A stretch of 26,924 nt of DNA, taken from IMG/VR virus record IMGVR_UViG_3300020264_000040, positions 1 to 26,924 of that record; one strand, written 5' to 3'. This document shows positions 1-10,344 of this stretch, piece by piece; positions within the stretch are counted from its first letter, which is position 1, and each line of letters begins with the position of its first letter. This DNA comes from a virus (taxonomy: Duplodnaviria > Caudoviricetes). The notes below the pieces were generated by a model. It was not told where the DNA came from. It ran no database searches and saw nothing but the letters and a program-made list of their open reading frames with translations. Position numbers and translations under genes: made by a program.

Positions 1-1
1 T

Positions 2-3000
2 ACCAGCATTGTACGTTTACGTCCAAAAGTACAAAATACTAACTCTGGTACATTACTATTCCCAACTGGTAGCAAGCAAGTTTCTCAAATCTCTGCTGGC
101 GGTGATGATACTAAGATTAAGTATTACTTCCGTAGAGATTTTGTAACTACGGCATCTTCGGGTGGTGGAACAATTACATTTGCTGCACAGTTGCCATTCG
201 GAACACAAAGATTTGCAGCTTTCAGTGAAAGTAATTTCATCATCACTGTTCTGGATCCAGGCGATGCTCCTAACATTGTTAAGGGAGACATCATCTACAT
301 CTCCGATGACGCAGTAGAAATTTCATCTGCTACTGACACTGCTAGTGGTCTTACATCTGGTAGTATCAGTCTACAGTTGCCATCAACATATTTTGGAACT
401 ATTCCTTCTAACGGAACATTCCCTAAACTTAAGTTGACAGCAACTCTTGAAGTATCAAACGCAAAACCAAGACTTAAAACTGCAATAAGAAACAAGAGAG
501 TCGTCGTTGCTTCTGCAGGTGATCGTATTGTTCCATTTAGAGGACAAGACTATGATAATGAAGTTGTAGAAACTCTATCATATTCCGATGCCTTTAAACT
601 AAGATATGTTTATGAAGGAACTTCCTCTCAAGCACCAGATGTAGACTCTGCAGGCAATCTAATTTCAGGAACTGATGTTACTGCTAGATATACATTTGAT
701 AATGGACAGAGAGATACATTGTATGATGTTTCTAGAATTGTTCTAAAACCTGGATTTGATCCTGCAGTTGGACAACTACTCATCGCATTTGATTACTTTG
801 AGCAATCTCAAGGAGACTTCTGCACGATTGATAGTTATCTACATGAAGCAGGTGTTCCAGAAGATGAAATCCCATCTTTCAATTCTTCAGTTCATGGTAA
901 TTTAGAACTTAAGAATGTAATTGATTTTAGACCTAAAGTTGATAGTAGTGCTATCATTCCTGGTTTCCTCAATATTGCGTCTCTTGAGACTACTGCTGGA
1001 TCTTTTGCGGGTCCTGGTGCTATCTTAGCAAGCACACCAGCTCCAGACCTAGGACTAGAGTATACATTCTCCTTCAGTCAGATTCAATACTTAGATCGTA
1101 TTGATGGTATTTTCTTAGACAAGAAAGGAAACTTTATTGTCAAGGAAGGTAATTCTTCTCTCAACCCAACTAAACCAGATCCTATTGATGATGCTGTACC
1201 TCTCTTCTATGCATATATTCCTGCATTTACGAAGACAACTAAAGATGTAAGAGTTACTCCAGTTGATAACCGTCGTTACACAATGCGTGACATCGGTAAA
1301 CTAGAGAAACGTATTGAGCGTCTTGAGTATTATACCACACTTAGCATCCTAGAGCAGCAAGCTCTGAACATGCAAGTCAAAGATGAAATTGGACTTGATA
1401 GATTTAAGTCTGGATTCTTTGTTGATAACTTTGAGGCACATAAAGTCGGAAATCTTTCTTCTCTTGATTACAGATGTGCAGTGGACAGTCAGCAAAGTGT
1501 CCTACGTCCTCAAGCAAAAGAAGATTCTGTAAATCTAGAAGAGGTAAATGTAAGAGAAGATCAAAGATCTGTTTCTGGTTACAAGAAGTCTGGAGATATG
1601 GTAACTCTACCTTTCTCTCCTCTAAATTTACTAGGAAATGATTTTGCATCTAAGACTTTAAATCCAAATCCATTTGTTGTTCTTCAGTATGTTGGCGATG
1701 GAGAAATTTCTCCATCTATTGATCATTGGTATGATCAAACTGAAGAACCATTGGTAGTAGATACTAACACTGATCTGTTTAACATCTTCCTTGCAAAAGA
1801 AAATGTTAAAGAAAGTTTCTCTAGTTTGTACAATTCTTTTGTAGTTAACTGGGTTGGAACATCCACATCATTTACTACTATTAATTCTCTGGGTCAAGTC
1901 AACACACAGCAAGCTGCAACTTCTGTTGCTAGCGCATCTGTTGCAAGTTCTTCTAATATTAGTCCTCAAAATAATGAGGTAGGAAAAGGAATTCAGACTA
2001 AGAGTGTTGGCGAAAGTTTAGTTTCAACTTCTCTAGCATTCTTTGCCAGAAGCATTCCTGTTAGATATGTTATTAGAAGAATGAAACCCAACACGAAAAT
2101 GTATGTCTTCTTAGAGGGAAGAGATATTGGTCGCTGGGTAAATCCAGACCTAAGATTCACAGGTATTGCTGGTAACTCTCTATCTGCATTCAATGGTGAA
2201 ATTACAACTGATGAGTATGGTAATGCTAGTGGACTAATTGTTGTTCCTGCTGGTCTACCACCACTTGAGAATGCAACCTGGACTGGTGATGTAGATACTC
2301 TACCATATGACACTTCCGCTGAAGAAGTATCAATTACTTCAGGTGTATTGACATTTAGATTTACCTCTAGTGCAACTAATGCTCCTAAAGAAGAGGTAGA
2401 TAGTTATACTGAAGTCAAATATTATGCTACTGGTATTCTCCCAGAAAATCCTGCTAGCATTGTATCAACTAAACCTTCTTACTTTAAGTCTAATGAAGGT
2501 GTTCAATTGATTGAAAGTAATACTGATAATCCTATCAGACCTAATCCTCTTGCACAAACATTCAAGGTTGAGAACCTAGAAGGTGGTTGTTTTGTTACTG
2601 GTGTTGATATGTTCTTCAGTAAGAAGAGCACTAATATTCCAGTCAAAGCATATATCTCCAATGTTGATGCAGAAAAACCAGCTAAGAATATTGTTCCTGG
2701 TTCTGAAAAAACACTTTCTCCAAATACGTTCCTCAAGTGCTTTGCTAGTGGTAATGTAGCAGTCTACAAGGGTGAGAGTGTAACAGGTGCATCTTCTGCC
2801 GCTTCTGGTCCTATTATTAAGATCTTTGATAAGAACAATGTAGAACTAGTAGCTACCGCATCTGGTAAGTTTAGTCTCACGAATGAGCAAGTATATACTA
2901 TTGTCCTTAGTAATCATAATGGAAAATCTTTCGTACCAAACGAAGATTTAATTATTCCATCTGTTACTGAAGCAAATGCATTGAACAACACAGATCTTGT

Positions 3001-5290
3001 TCTTGCTATCGCAAAAGATAGTGGTAAGGTTTCTAGAATGAGAATTACTAACACTGGTCAAAATTATGACAGTGCGATTCTTACTATTGAGAGTCCACAA
3101 TTACCTGGTGGATCTACTGCTACTGCAAGTATTGAAGTTTCAAATGGTAAAATTTACAATGCTGAGGTATCACTGAGTGGTTTTGGTTACACAGAAGCGC
3201 CCTCTGTGGTCGTTAAAGGCGTTGGAAATGGTGCTGGCGGGTGTGAGATCCAAACATTCATTGAGATTGATACACCAGCGGTTAGAATGGGTGTAGCGGT
3301 TGATGCAGGAGAGGTAACAAACTCCACAACACCTACACACTTTGCATTTGATTATCCTGTTTACCTACAGAATGATACAGAGTATGCTCTAGTAGTAGAA
3401 ACTGATTCTACTGATTATGAACTATGGGTATCCAGACTTGGTGAAACTGATATTGCCACAAGTACGGTCATTACAACACAACCATCACTAGGTTCGGTAT
3501 ACCGTTCACAGAATACAGAAAGTTGGACTGAAGATATTTTTGAGGATCTTAAGTTCACTCTTTACAGAGCAGAATTTGATACCACTAGACCTGCAGAACT
3601 TCTTCTTAAGAATGTTGATCTTGGTTATGAACTTTTGGATGCAAATCCAATTGAAACGAATGCAAGTTCTAACTCTGCATCTACATCTACTCTATTCAAA
3701 AACAACAATGCAGTTGTTAAGGTAAATCATAGAGATCATGGTTTTGAAGATAGTGGTAAATCTTATGTCTTCTATAGAACTGCTCTAGAGACAGGTGGTA
3801 TTACTGCTTCTACTATTAATAGCAACTTGTTCAAAGTTACTAATTCTGGTGTTGACTCTTATAATGTTCTTTCCCCATCTCAAGCTGCAGGTAACTCTCT
3901 TGGTGGTGGAACTTCTGTTTATGCAAGTCACAACAGAAAATTTGAGACTCTATATCCACAAGTTCATTACTTGACATTTACAGGTACAACATTAGATGTT
4001 TCTGTTAAGACAACCAATGTAGTTCCTGTAGATTCAACAACTACAAATTATACTTCATATTCACAATCAGAATATGAAAGAACTTTCTTGAATGAACCAC
4101 ATTACTTTACAAACCAGAAAATGATTGCTTCTGAGATTAATGAGACTCTAAACAGTCTTGAAAGATCTTTAACTTACAAGATGCAATTATCCTCTACATC
4201 TAGTAATCTTTCTCCAATCATTGATCTTTCTAGTGCATCTGTAAAAACAGTAAGCAATAGAATTGAAAATGCTACTGGTCAAGAATCTAGGTTTGGTAGA
4301 AGAGATCAAGTTATTGAATTCTATCCAGTATATCAATTTGATCTCGCAGGAAATGCTGGAACTGAAATTCAAGCTAATCAAACAATTGAAGGACAAACTT
4401 CTAAGACAACTGGAACTATTGCTAGAGTCAATGGCAGTGTTGTTTATGTAAGAGTAAAGACAAGTCAATTCTTCCAAAAAGGAGAACTTGTTTCTTTAGG
4501 AAATCAAACACAATTGACAAATGTCAGTGTTGATTCTAACCCAACACAAGTATTCGCGTCCATTGATGACGGTTCTACTATCGTAGCACGCAATCCATCT
4601 GTTATTCTTGAGACCTATGACAATATTATTACTGGTAAAACTGTTATCTGGAACAGTCAAACTCAAGAACTGACTGCTAGAGTTGATATTAAACCAATCA
4701 ATGATAACTATACTGATAGAATTATTGATAGTGTTCTATATAACAGAAACGCTGTTGTTGGTGACCAGATTGCAGACATCTTCAGAGTAGGAGACTTTAT
4801 CAAGTATCCAAACCAACCAGATGAAGAAGCAAATTATCTAGAGGTAGGTAAAGTCACATATACAAATGGTATTGACTTTGTTGCTGAAAATACTTCTAAG
4901 AATGGTTCGGCAGTTGCTAAGTATGTAACTAAAGAAGTTGTTATCAATAATCCAGCAACTGCAATTGATGTACATCTAATGGCAAATGTCAAGGACATTG
5001 CAAATATCCAAGTTCTCTATAAGTTTAAGAAAGCATCTAGCCAAGAAAACTTTGAGGACATTGATTGGGTATTGTTCAATGGCAATGGACAACCAGATAC
5101 TTTGGAACTAGCAACTACAGAAAACACTATTTCAAGTGTTGTTGAGAAGCAATCTTCTTATCAAGACCTTAAGTATAGTGTATCTGATATTGAAGAGTAT
5201 TCTTCTTTTGCTATCAAGATTGTAATGCTTGGTGTTGATCCTGCATTTGCTCCTAAGATTCAAGACATTCGCGCTGTTGCTGCCTTCTAA
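2..5290 (+). CDS. Large virion structural protein, VrlC-like / DUF4815-like (5'-truncated)
   Basis: The frame is open from position 2 (TSIVRLRPKVQ...FAAQLPFG), so the TTG at 191 is internal. Family-typical motifs: RYTMRDIGKLEKRIERLEYYTTLSILE...DRFKSGFFVDNF; NPLAQTFKV...GCFVTGVDMFF; GxGY repeats; C-terminal YVTKEV...FAIKIVM...PKIQDIRAVA. The position upstream of fibre genes and gp13 matches cyanomyoviruses. Confidence 0.85.
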   Translation, partial: TSIVRLRPKVQNTNSGTLLFPTGSKQVSQISAGGDDTKIKYYFRRDFVTTASSGGGTITFAAQLPFGTQRFAAFSESNFIITVLDPGDAPNIVKGDIIYISDDAVEISSATDTASGLTSGSISLQLPSTYFGTIPSNGTFPKLKLTATLEVSNAKPRLKTAIRNKRVVVASAGDRIVPFRGQDYDNEVVETLSYSDAFKLRYVYEGTSSQAPDVDSAGNLISGTDVTARYTFDNGQRDTLYDVSRIVLKPGFDPAVGQLLIAFDYFEQSQGDFCTIDSYLHEAGVPEDEIPSFNSSVHGNLELKNVIDFRPKVDSSAIIPGFLNIASLETTAGSFAGPGAILASTPAPDLGLEYTFSFSQIQYLDRIDGIFLDKKGNFIVKEGNSSLNPTKPDPIDDAVPLFYAYIPAFTKTTKDVRVTPVDNRRYTMRDIGKLEKRIERLEYYTTLSILEQQALNMQVKDEIGLDRFKSGFFVDNFEAHKVGNLSSLDYRCAVDSQQSVLRPQAKEDSVNLEEVNVREDQRSVSGYKKSGDMVTLPFSPLNLLGNDFASKTLNPNPFVVLQYVGDGEISPSIDHWYDQTEEPLVVDTNTDLFNIFLAKENVKESFSSLYNSFVVNWVGTSTSFTTINSLGQVNTQQAATSVASASVASSSNISPQNNEVGKGIQTKSVGESLVSTSLAFFARSIPVRYVIRRMKPNTKMYVFLEGRDIGRWVNPDLRFTGIAGNSLSAFNGEITTDEYGNASGLIVVPAGLPPLENATWTGDVDTLPYDTSAEEVSITSGVLTFRFTSSATNAPKEEVDSYTEVKYYATGILPENPASIVSTKPSYFKSNEGVQLIESNTDNPIRPNPLAQTFKVENLEGGCFVTGVDMFFSKKSTNIPVKAYISNVDAEKPAKNIVPGSEKTLSPNTFLKCFASGNVAVYKGESVTGASSAASGPIIKIFDKNNVELVATASGKFSLTNEQVYTIVLSNHNGKSFVPNEDLIIPSVTEANALNNTDLVLAIAKDSGKVSRMRITNTGQNYDSAILTIESPQLPGGSTATASIEVSNGKIYNAEVSLSGFGYTEAPSVVVKGVGNGAGGCEIQTFIEIDTPAVRMGVAVDAGEVTNSTTPTHFAFDYPVYLQNDTEYALVVETDSTDYELWVSRLGETDIATSTVITTQPSLGSVYRSQNTESWTEDIFEDLKFTLYRAEFDTTRPAELLLKNVDLGYELLDANPIETNASSNSASTSTLFKNNNAVVKVNHRDHGFEDSGKSYVFYRTALETGGITASTINSNLFKVTNSGVDSYNVLSPSQAAGNSLGGGTSVYASHNRKFETLYPQVHYLTFTGTTLDVSVKTTNVVPVDSTTTNYTSYSQSEYERTFLNEPHYFTNQKMIASEINETLNSLERSLTYKMQLSSTSSNLSPIIDLSSASVKTVSNRIENATGQESRFGRRDQVIEFYPVYQFDLAGNAGTEIQANQTIEGQTSKTTGTIARVNGSVVYVRVKTSQFFQKGELVSLGNQTQLTNVSVDSNPTQVFASIDDGSTIVARNPSVILETYDNIITGKTVIWNSQTQELTARVDIKPINDNYTDRIIDSVLYNRNAVVGDQIADIFRVGDFIKYPNQPDEEANYLEVGKVTYTNGIDFVAENTSKNGSAVAKYVTKEVVINNPATAIDVHLMANVKDIANIQVLYKFKKASSQENFEDIDWVLFNGNGQPDTLELATTENTISSVVEKQSSYQDLKYSVSDIEEYSSFAIKIVMLGVDPAFAPKIQDIRAVAAF

Positions 5291-5299
5291 TTTCCGCGT

Positions 5300-5515
5300 A
5301 TGGACTATATCAAAGTTGAAGGTCATGATGGTCTCGTAAGAGACCAAAACACTGGTGCCATTATCAATTTGGACGATTCTGCTATATCTGCAAGACGTAA
5401 ATCAAAACAACTTGGTTCCGCGTTAGAAGACATAAATATGTTGAAGAATGAAGTTTCTGAGATCAAATCTTTACTTAGAGAGTTAATTAAAAATGCCAGC
5501 AATTCAAGTAGCTAG
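5300..5515 (+). CDS. Small conserved phage protein with C-terminal coiled coil (71 aa)
   Basis: ATG lies 9 nt after the upstream stop and the ORF overlaps the next gene by 23 nt. YIKVEGHDGLVRDQNTGAIIN plus heptads (LEDINMLKNEVSEIKSLLRELI) resembles the small ORF that follows VrlC in T4-like cyanophages. Confidence 0.8.
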   Translation: MDYIKVEGHDGLVRDQNTGAIINLDDSAISARRKSKQLGSALEDINMLKNEVSEIKSLLRELIKNASNSSS

Positions 5516-8500
5516 AACTGATACCTTTGAAAATCAAAGGCAGAAAATTAACGACATCAGTAATCAAATTTTTAATATCTCTCAAGGTGGAAGTGATTTA
5601 TCTACTGGTATTTTAAAACTTGGTGATGGCACAAAAGCATTGCCATCACTATCTTTTACCAATGATCCAGACACAGGATTCTACAGAGCAGAATCAAAAA
5701 CAATTGGTGTAATTTCAAACACTAAACTCTTAACTACGTTTAGTAATCAAGATACTAAATTTTTTAATGATGTAAATTTTGTTAAAAATGAAATATCTTC
5801 TGGATTTATCAATATCAATGATGGTGGTCAAAACTATGATGCAGGACTTTTCAACGATGTTCCTGTTATTGGTGGATCTGGTATTGGTGGTACACTCAAC
5901 ATTACAGTTGAATCATTTACAGGAACACTTACTTCCGTTGGTGTAGATTATACAGCAGGATCTTACTCTAGTGTTTTTGTAACTGGAGGAAATGGAACTG
6001 ATGCTCAATGTGGTTTTCAAGTTATTGGTATTACAGGAGAAACTACGAACAAAGGTTCTTCATATTCTGATGGTCTTTATAATGATGTTCCATTTATTGG
6101 TGGATCTGGAACTGGAGCAACATTTTCTTGTTCAGTAAATGGCGGTGAAGTAGAAGGAGTTAACATCACGGATGATGGTGTTGGATATAGAAATGGTGAT
6201 GTTATTAGTGCTGCAGCTGCAGATCTTGGAGGATCTGGTGGAGGATTTCAATTCACTATTAGTAGTGATGTTGGTCAAATAGATCCAGCTACTTTCCAGT
6301 TTACTGACAAAGGAACTGGTTATCAAGTTGGAGATGTTTTAACACTTCCAACTGCTGTAACTGGAGTATCAACTACTTTAAGTGATGCTAGTGCTGATGT
6401 TACAGTAACTCAAGCACAAGCAGACGCTATTAGAACTGGGTTTGTCGTAACACAAACTGGTGGATCTGGTGTTCTTGTAGGTAGTAGTGGTCCTGGTGGT
6501 GGTCTCGGTCAAAATCCAACTGTATTCGCAATTAATGGAACAACAGTTACGTTGTCTGCTAATCCCGATACTTCTGGATCTGCTACTTTAGATTTTACAC
6601 CACCATATGGAACACCAACAACACCATTTGGGTTTACTATTAACAAAGTTGGATCAGTAGAAGTTGTATCTGTAAGTTCTGGTGGTAGTGGTTATGCTTC
6701 TGGTGATACTCTTTCTGTATCTCCATTTAATTTAGTTTCACCAATTGAATATACAGTAAGTGTAAGTCCAGTGGATGTAATTACATTTACTGGATCAATT
6801 CCATCTTCTTTTGTATCAGTAGGCGATCAGGTTTATATTCCTGGCGGAGGAATTCAAACAACTCAGGTTACAACACAAACAACTATTGCTAGTGCATCAA
6901 ATGCTTCGTATACTAATTTATCTGCAACTGGTGGAACTGGATCTGGAGCAGTTTTCTCAATTGACAGAGGAATTAGTGGAGATATTTCTACTGTAAATGT
7001 TACTTCTGCTGGTGGTGGATACACACAAGGTGATGTTCTTACGATTGCTGGTGCAGATGTTGGTGGAACAACTCCAACAGATAACGTTGTATTTGAGGCA
7101 CAATCTGTTAGTCCAGACGGAACTGCTGTAGAAGTTTATGAAGTTGTAACTTCTGGTGGAAATATTACTTTATTAGTTTGTGCTTCTGGCGGTAATTTTA
7201 CTGATCAAGATTCTGTTGCAAAAGTTGGAGTTCCTGGAACATTAGCTCCAATTGACACTCTTAATGGTATTAATAAATTTTTCCTTGATACTGGATCTGG
7301 ACCAACATATCATCCAGCTTTAACATTATATGCTGGTAACACATACCGATTTAATAATGGTAATGCTTCTCACCCATTTAGATTTTCAGAATTTAGAGAT
7401 GGTATTCATAGTCCAAGTGTTGTTACTGGGTTAACAACTACACTAGATGATACTAGCACTACAGTAACCCTTACAAGCACAACTGGAATTCTTCAAGGAA
7501 TGAAAGTTGATTCAACTGGTGGTGGTGGTAGCGGAGGTACTGTTGATACAGACACTTTTGTAGCATCAGTTGTAGATGCGACAACTATTACATTAACAAA
7601 AGTTCCTAGTACATCAGGAGCTGCAACTTTAGATTTTAGTGGATATGCTTACACAGAGGGTGTTCAATATGAATCATCATATACGCAAATTTTAGTTACA
7701 GAAACTACACCAACCCTCTATTATTATTGTGCAGTTCACCCTGATATGGGTGGCAGTGAAAATAATGAACCACAAGTAACTATTGATCCAAATAACCCAA
7801 AAACTTTTGGATCTGGTTTTAGTATTACTCTAACAGATGTCTTATCAACAACCGCAGCTGCCATTGACATCAGTGAAAGAAAACTTGTAACAAATGAAAT
7901 TGATGTTGTTACTGGAGAAATTGATACATTAACTGTTCCAACACAATTAAATGCTAACCAAATTGTTGGATCAGTAGCTGCATTGAATACAATTAATTCA
8001 AATGCTGCATTTGCTATTAATGCAACTGGATATAATACTACTATAAATTCTGATAATTTAAAAGTAGGAACTTTATTCAACGTTGAATCATCCTCGGGAG
8101 ATGTTCAAACATCTGGTAATTTAAAAACATTAGCAACGTTAAATGTTAATGATAAAATTACTGTAACAAATAATACAATTACATCTACTGCAGGAAATAA
8201 CCTAGTTCTGCAACCAGCTTCTGGAAGAATCGCAAAAGTAGATGCTTTATCTGCATTAATTATTCCTGTTGGTGACACTGCAGGCAGACCTGGAACTGGT
8301 GTTGTTGAAAATGGAGCAATTAGATTCAACACAGATAACGCTCAGTATGAGGGATATAGTGCAGCAACTGGTTCTTGGTCTTCTCTTGGTGGTGTAAGAG
8401 ACATTGATGGCAATACTTATATTCTAGCAGAACTTACTGCTGGCGCTAATGATAATACACTTTGGTTTTATAACGATAGTCAAAATACACTAAAGTTGAC

Positions 8501-9800
8501 AGGAACTCAGTTAGAGTTTGTTACAACTAAAACTATTTCTTCTCCTAAGTTAGGTCTTCCAAATTACTCAGTATTTACACAAAATACTCCAGTTGTAATT
8601 GGATCTTACATTAAGTATAGAAATAATCTATATGAAGTCACAAGTGCTGGTACAACTGGTGGTCAAGGAACAGAACCAGTTCATACATCAGGTGCTGCTA
8701 ATAGTGGTACTGCACAACTTACTTTCTCTCAAACAGCTGTTTCTGAATTAATATTCAATGAGGTAGATGAAGTAAGAGTAGGACCTAATAAAGATTGTCC
8801 TTTGATTATTGGTCAAGAACTAAAGTTACATGACAACAGAATTTCAACAACAGTTCAAGATTTAATTATTGAACCCAATGCAGGCAAGCAAGTAATTGTA
8901 AACTCAGTAACTCATTTAAGAATTCCTGCTGGTAATGATAATGAGAAATCTGTAGCACCTGCAGGTCCAGGATCTATTAGATTCAATACCACAATCCAAC
9001 AATTTGAAGGATATAGTGGAACAAACTGGTCTTCTCTTGGTGGTGTAAGAGACGTTGATGGAAACACATACATCATTCCAGAGACTGCTCCTGCAGCAAA
9101 TGAAAATATTCTATACTTCTATAATAATAACGTCAATACAATTCAGTTAACTGAAACAGTATTAGATTTTACTAACATTGACACTATTACAACTAGTGGT
9201 GGAACAAGTCTTGCTCTAGACACACAAACTTTAACACTAAACAGTAATGCAACTACTATTGATAATAGTGCTTCTACTAGAACTTTCATTAGTACCACAA
9301 AACAATATCTTGATTTAGGTCTTTCAAGTGGATTAAATACAGACCCTGTTCTTAGACTGGACGATCAAGGTGATGTTTATTTAAACACAACATTTGGATC
9401 GGGAACGTTTAATGGTGTTAAGGTTCTTGATGGAGAGTTAAAAGAATTTGAACTAGCTGATTTTAAAATTAAGACAGCAACAGTCGCATTGATTAAGGGT
9501 GGTCTAGAACAATCTAGCGTTGTATTATACAATAGTGGAACATCTAAGGGATGTAAAGTTTCAGTTGTATCAAAATCTAGTTCTGGAAAGAGATCATTTA
9601 GTGAGTATTCAGTTATAGATAATGGTACTGATATTTTCCATAATGAATATGGATCTTTGAATACTTCTGGAAATGATCAATTTACAGCAGCATTTGATTT
9701 TACTGCTTCTACAGAACCCAGAATTACTGTGACTTTGACAAATGATCATGCTGTCTCTGATGTTGTTAACATAACCGTACTAGTTCAGGAAATCAAGTAA
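5493..9800 (+). CDS. Fibre/baseplate-associated virion structural protein (1435 aa) with GxGY repeats, cupredoxin-like motif, CBM5/12-like module
   Basis: N-terminus MPAIQVARTDTFENQRQKIN. Gly/Thr/Ser-rich beta repeats (GxGY...GDVL), HPF...LYYYCAVHPDMG, and two GxIRFNT...EGY...WSSLGGVRDxDGNTYI modules. Confidence 0.8.
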   Translation: MPAIQVARTDTFENQRQKINDISNQIFNISQGGSDLSTGILKLGDGTKALPSLSFTNDPDTGFYRAESKTIGVISNTKLLTTFSNQDTKFFNDVNFVKNEISSGFININDGGQNYDAGLFNDVPVIGGSGIGGTLNITVESFTGTLTSVGVDYTAGSYSSVFVTGGNGTDAQCGFQVIGITGETTNKGSSYSDGLYNDVPFIGGSGTGATFSCSVNGGEVEGVNITDDGVGYRNGDVISAAAADLGGSGGGFQFTISSDVGQIDPATFQFTDKGTGYQVGDVLTLPTAVTGVSTTLSDASADVTVTQAQADAIRTGFVVTQTGGSGVLVGSSGPGGGLGQNPTVFAINGTTVTLSANPDTSGSATLDFTPPYGTPTTPFGFTINKVGSVEVVSVSSGGSGYASGDTLSVSPFNLVSPIEYTVSVSPVDVITFTGSIPSSFVSVGDQVYIPGGGIQTTQVTTQTTIASASNASYTNLSATGGTGSGAVFSIDRGISGDISTVNVTSAGGGYTQGDVLTIAGADVGGTTPTDNVVFEAQSVSPDGTAVEVYEVVTSGGNITLLVCASGGNFTDQDSVAKVGVPGTLAPIDTLNGINKFFLDTGSGPTYHPALTLYAGNTYRFNNGNASHPFRFSEFRDGIHSPSVVTGLTTTLDDTSTTVTLTSTTGILQGMKVDSTGGGGSGGTVDTDTFVASVVDATTITLTKVPSTSGAATLDFSGYAYTEGVQYESSYTQILVTETTPTLYYYCAVHPDMGGSENNEPQVTIDPNNPKTFGSGFSITLTDVLSTTAAAIDISERKLVTNEIDVVTGEIDTLTVPTQLNANQIVGSVAALNTINSNAAFAINATGYNTTINSDNLKVGTLFNVESSSGDVQTSGNLKTLATLNVNDKITVTNNTITSTAGNNLVLQPASGRIAKVDALSALIIPVGDTAGRPGTGVVENGAIRFNTDNAQYEGYSAATGSWSSLGGVRDIDGNTYILAELTAGANDNTLWFYNDSQNTLKLTGTQLEFVTTKTISSPKLGLPNYSVFTQNTPVVIGSYIKYRNNLYEVTSAGTTGGQGTEPVHTSGAANSGTAQLTFSQTAVSELIFNEVDEVRVGPNKDCPLIIGQELKLHDNRISTTVQDLIIEPNAGKQVIVNSVTHLRIPAGNDNEKSVAPAGPGSIRFNTTIQQFEGYSGTNWSSLGGVRDVDGNTYIIPETAPAANENILYFYNNNVNTIQLTETVLDFTNIDTITTSGGTSLALDTQTLTLNSNATTIDNSASTRTFISTTKQYLDLGLSSGLNTDPVLRLDDQGDVYLNTTFGSGTFNGVKVLDGELKEFELADFKIKTATVALIKGGLEQSSVVLYNSGTSKGCKVSVVSKSSSGKRSFSEYSVIDNGTDIFHNEYGSLNTSGNDQFTAAFDFTASTEPRITVTLTNDHAVSDVVNITVLVQEIK
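8376..9061 (+). repeat. Direct repeat pair within the 1435-aa gene (8376-8410 and 9027-9061)
   Basis: TGGTCTTCTCTTGGTGGTGTAAGAGAC is identical over 27 bp (34/35 when extended) and encodes WSSLGGVRD(I/V)DG. Confidence 0.9.
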
Positions 9801-10300
9801 TGTCAACCAATTTAAATCAATTTGATTCTTTAGGTGGATTCTCTGTAGGAGAAACAATTCATATTGATAAAGATCATAATGCTATGTCTCTCAATTCAAT
9901 TGAGATGAAAAATTTATTTTATGGGGATAGTAATACAACTAACTATATTTTAAGAGGACTTAATACAGCAACATTACAATTGGATAATGTTGGAACTCAA
10001 ATTACAATTGAAAGTAATACTGTTAATTTTATAACAGGACATTTCCTTGGTGTTAATCCTTCTGGTACGGTATTTACTGGAAAAATTGAAAGTGCTGTTT
10101 ATTGTGGTCCTGCTGGAGCAACTCAAGTTTTATCAAGTATGCTTACCATCATCAAAGATGACATCCCAACAGCAGAATCATGGACTATTGAACCAACCAC
10201 AGCAACAAATCGTTTTAGTTATTCCACTATCAGAACTGGCACAGTTCAGACAATTAAGTGGGCAGTTTCAACCGAAGTTATTAGTATAGCTTGGACTTGA
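9800..10300 (+). CDS. Putative virion structural protein (166 aa)
   Basis: TAATG stop/start overlap with the upstream gene at 9798-9802. Beta-strand-rich composition; lies in the structural operon. Confidence 0.75.
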   Translation: MSTNLNQFDSLGGFSVGETIHIDKDHNAMSLNSIEMKNLFYGDSNTTNYILRGLNTATLQLDNVGTQITIESNTVNFITGHFLGVNPSGTVFTGKIESAVYCGPAGATQVLSSMLTIIKDDIPTAESWTIEPTTATNRFSYSTIRTGTVQTIKWAVSTEVISIAWT

Positions 10301-10302
10301 TG

Positions 10303-10309
10303 CTAAATA
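10303..10309 (+). promoter_or_regulatory. Putative T4-type late promoter (CTAAATA variant)
   Basis: Intergenic CTAAATA about 35 nt upstream of the giant fibre ATG; resembles the T4 gp55 consensus TATAAATA. Confidence 0.6.
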
Positions 10310-10344
10310 TAAGATAGGAAAAAAGTCAAGGATACGCGAGCGCC

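Noticed and set aside
191-193. ORF-track start of the first gene
   Set aside because: The frame is open from position 2; the TTG is an internal Leu and the true start lies outside the window.
5493-9800. Assigning T4 symbols (gp7/gp9/gp10/gp12) to the 1435-aa protein
   Set aside because: No diagnostic T4 baseplate motif recognisable by eye, so no symbol was given.
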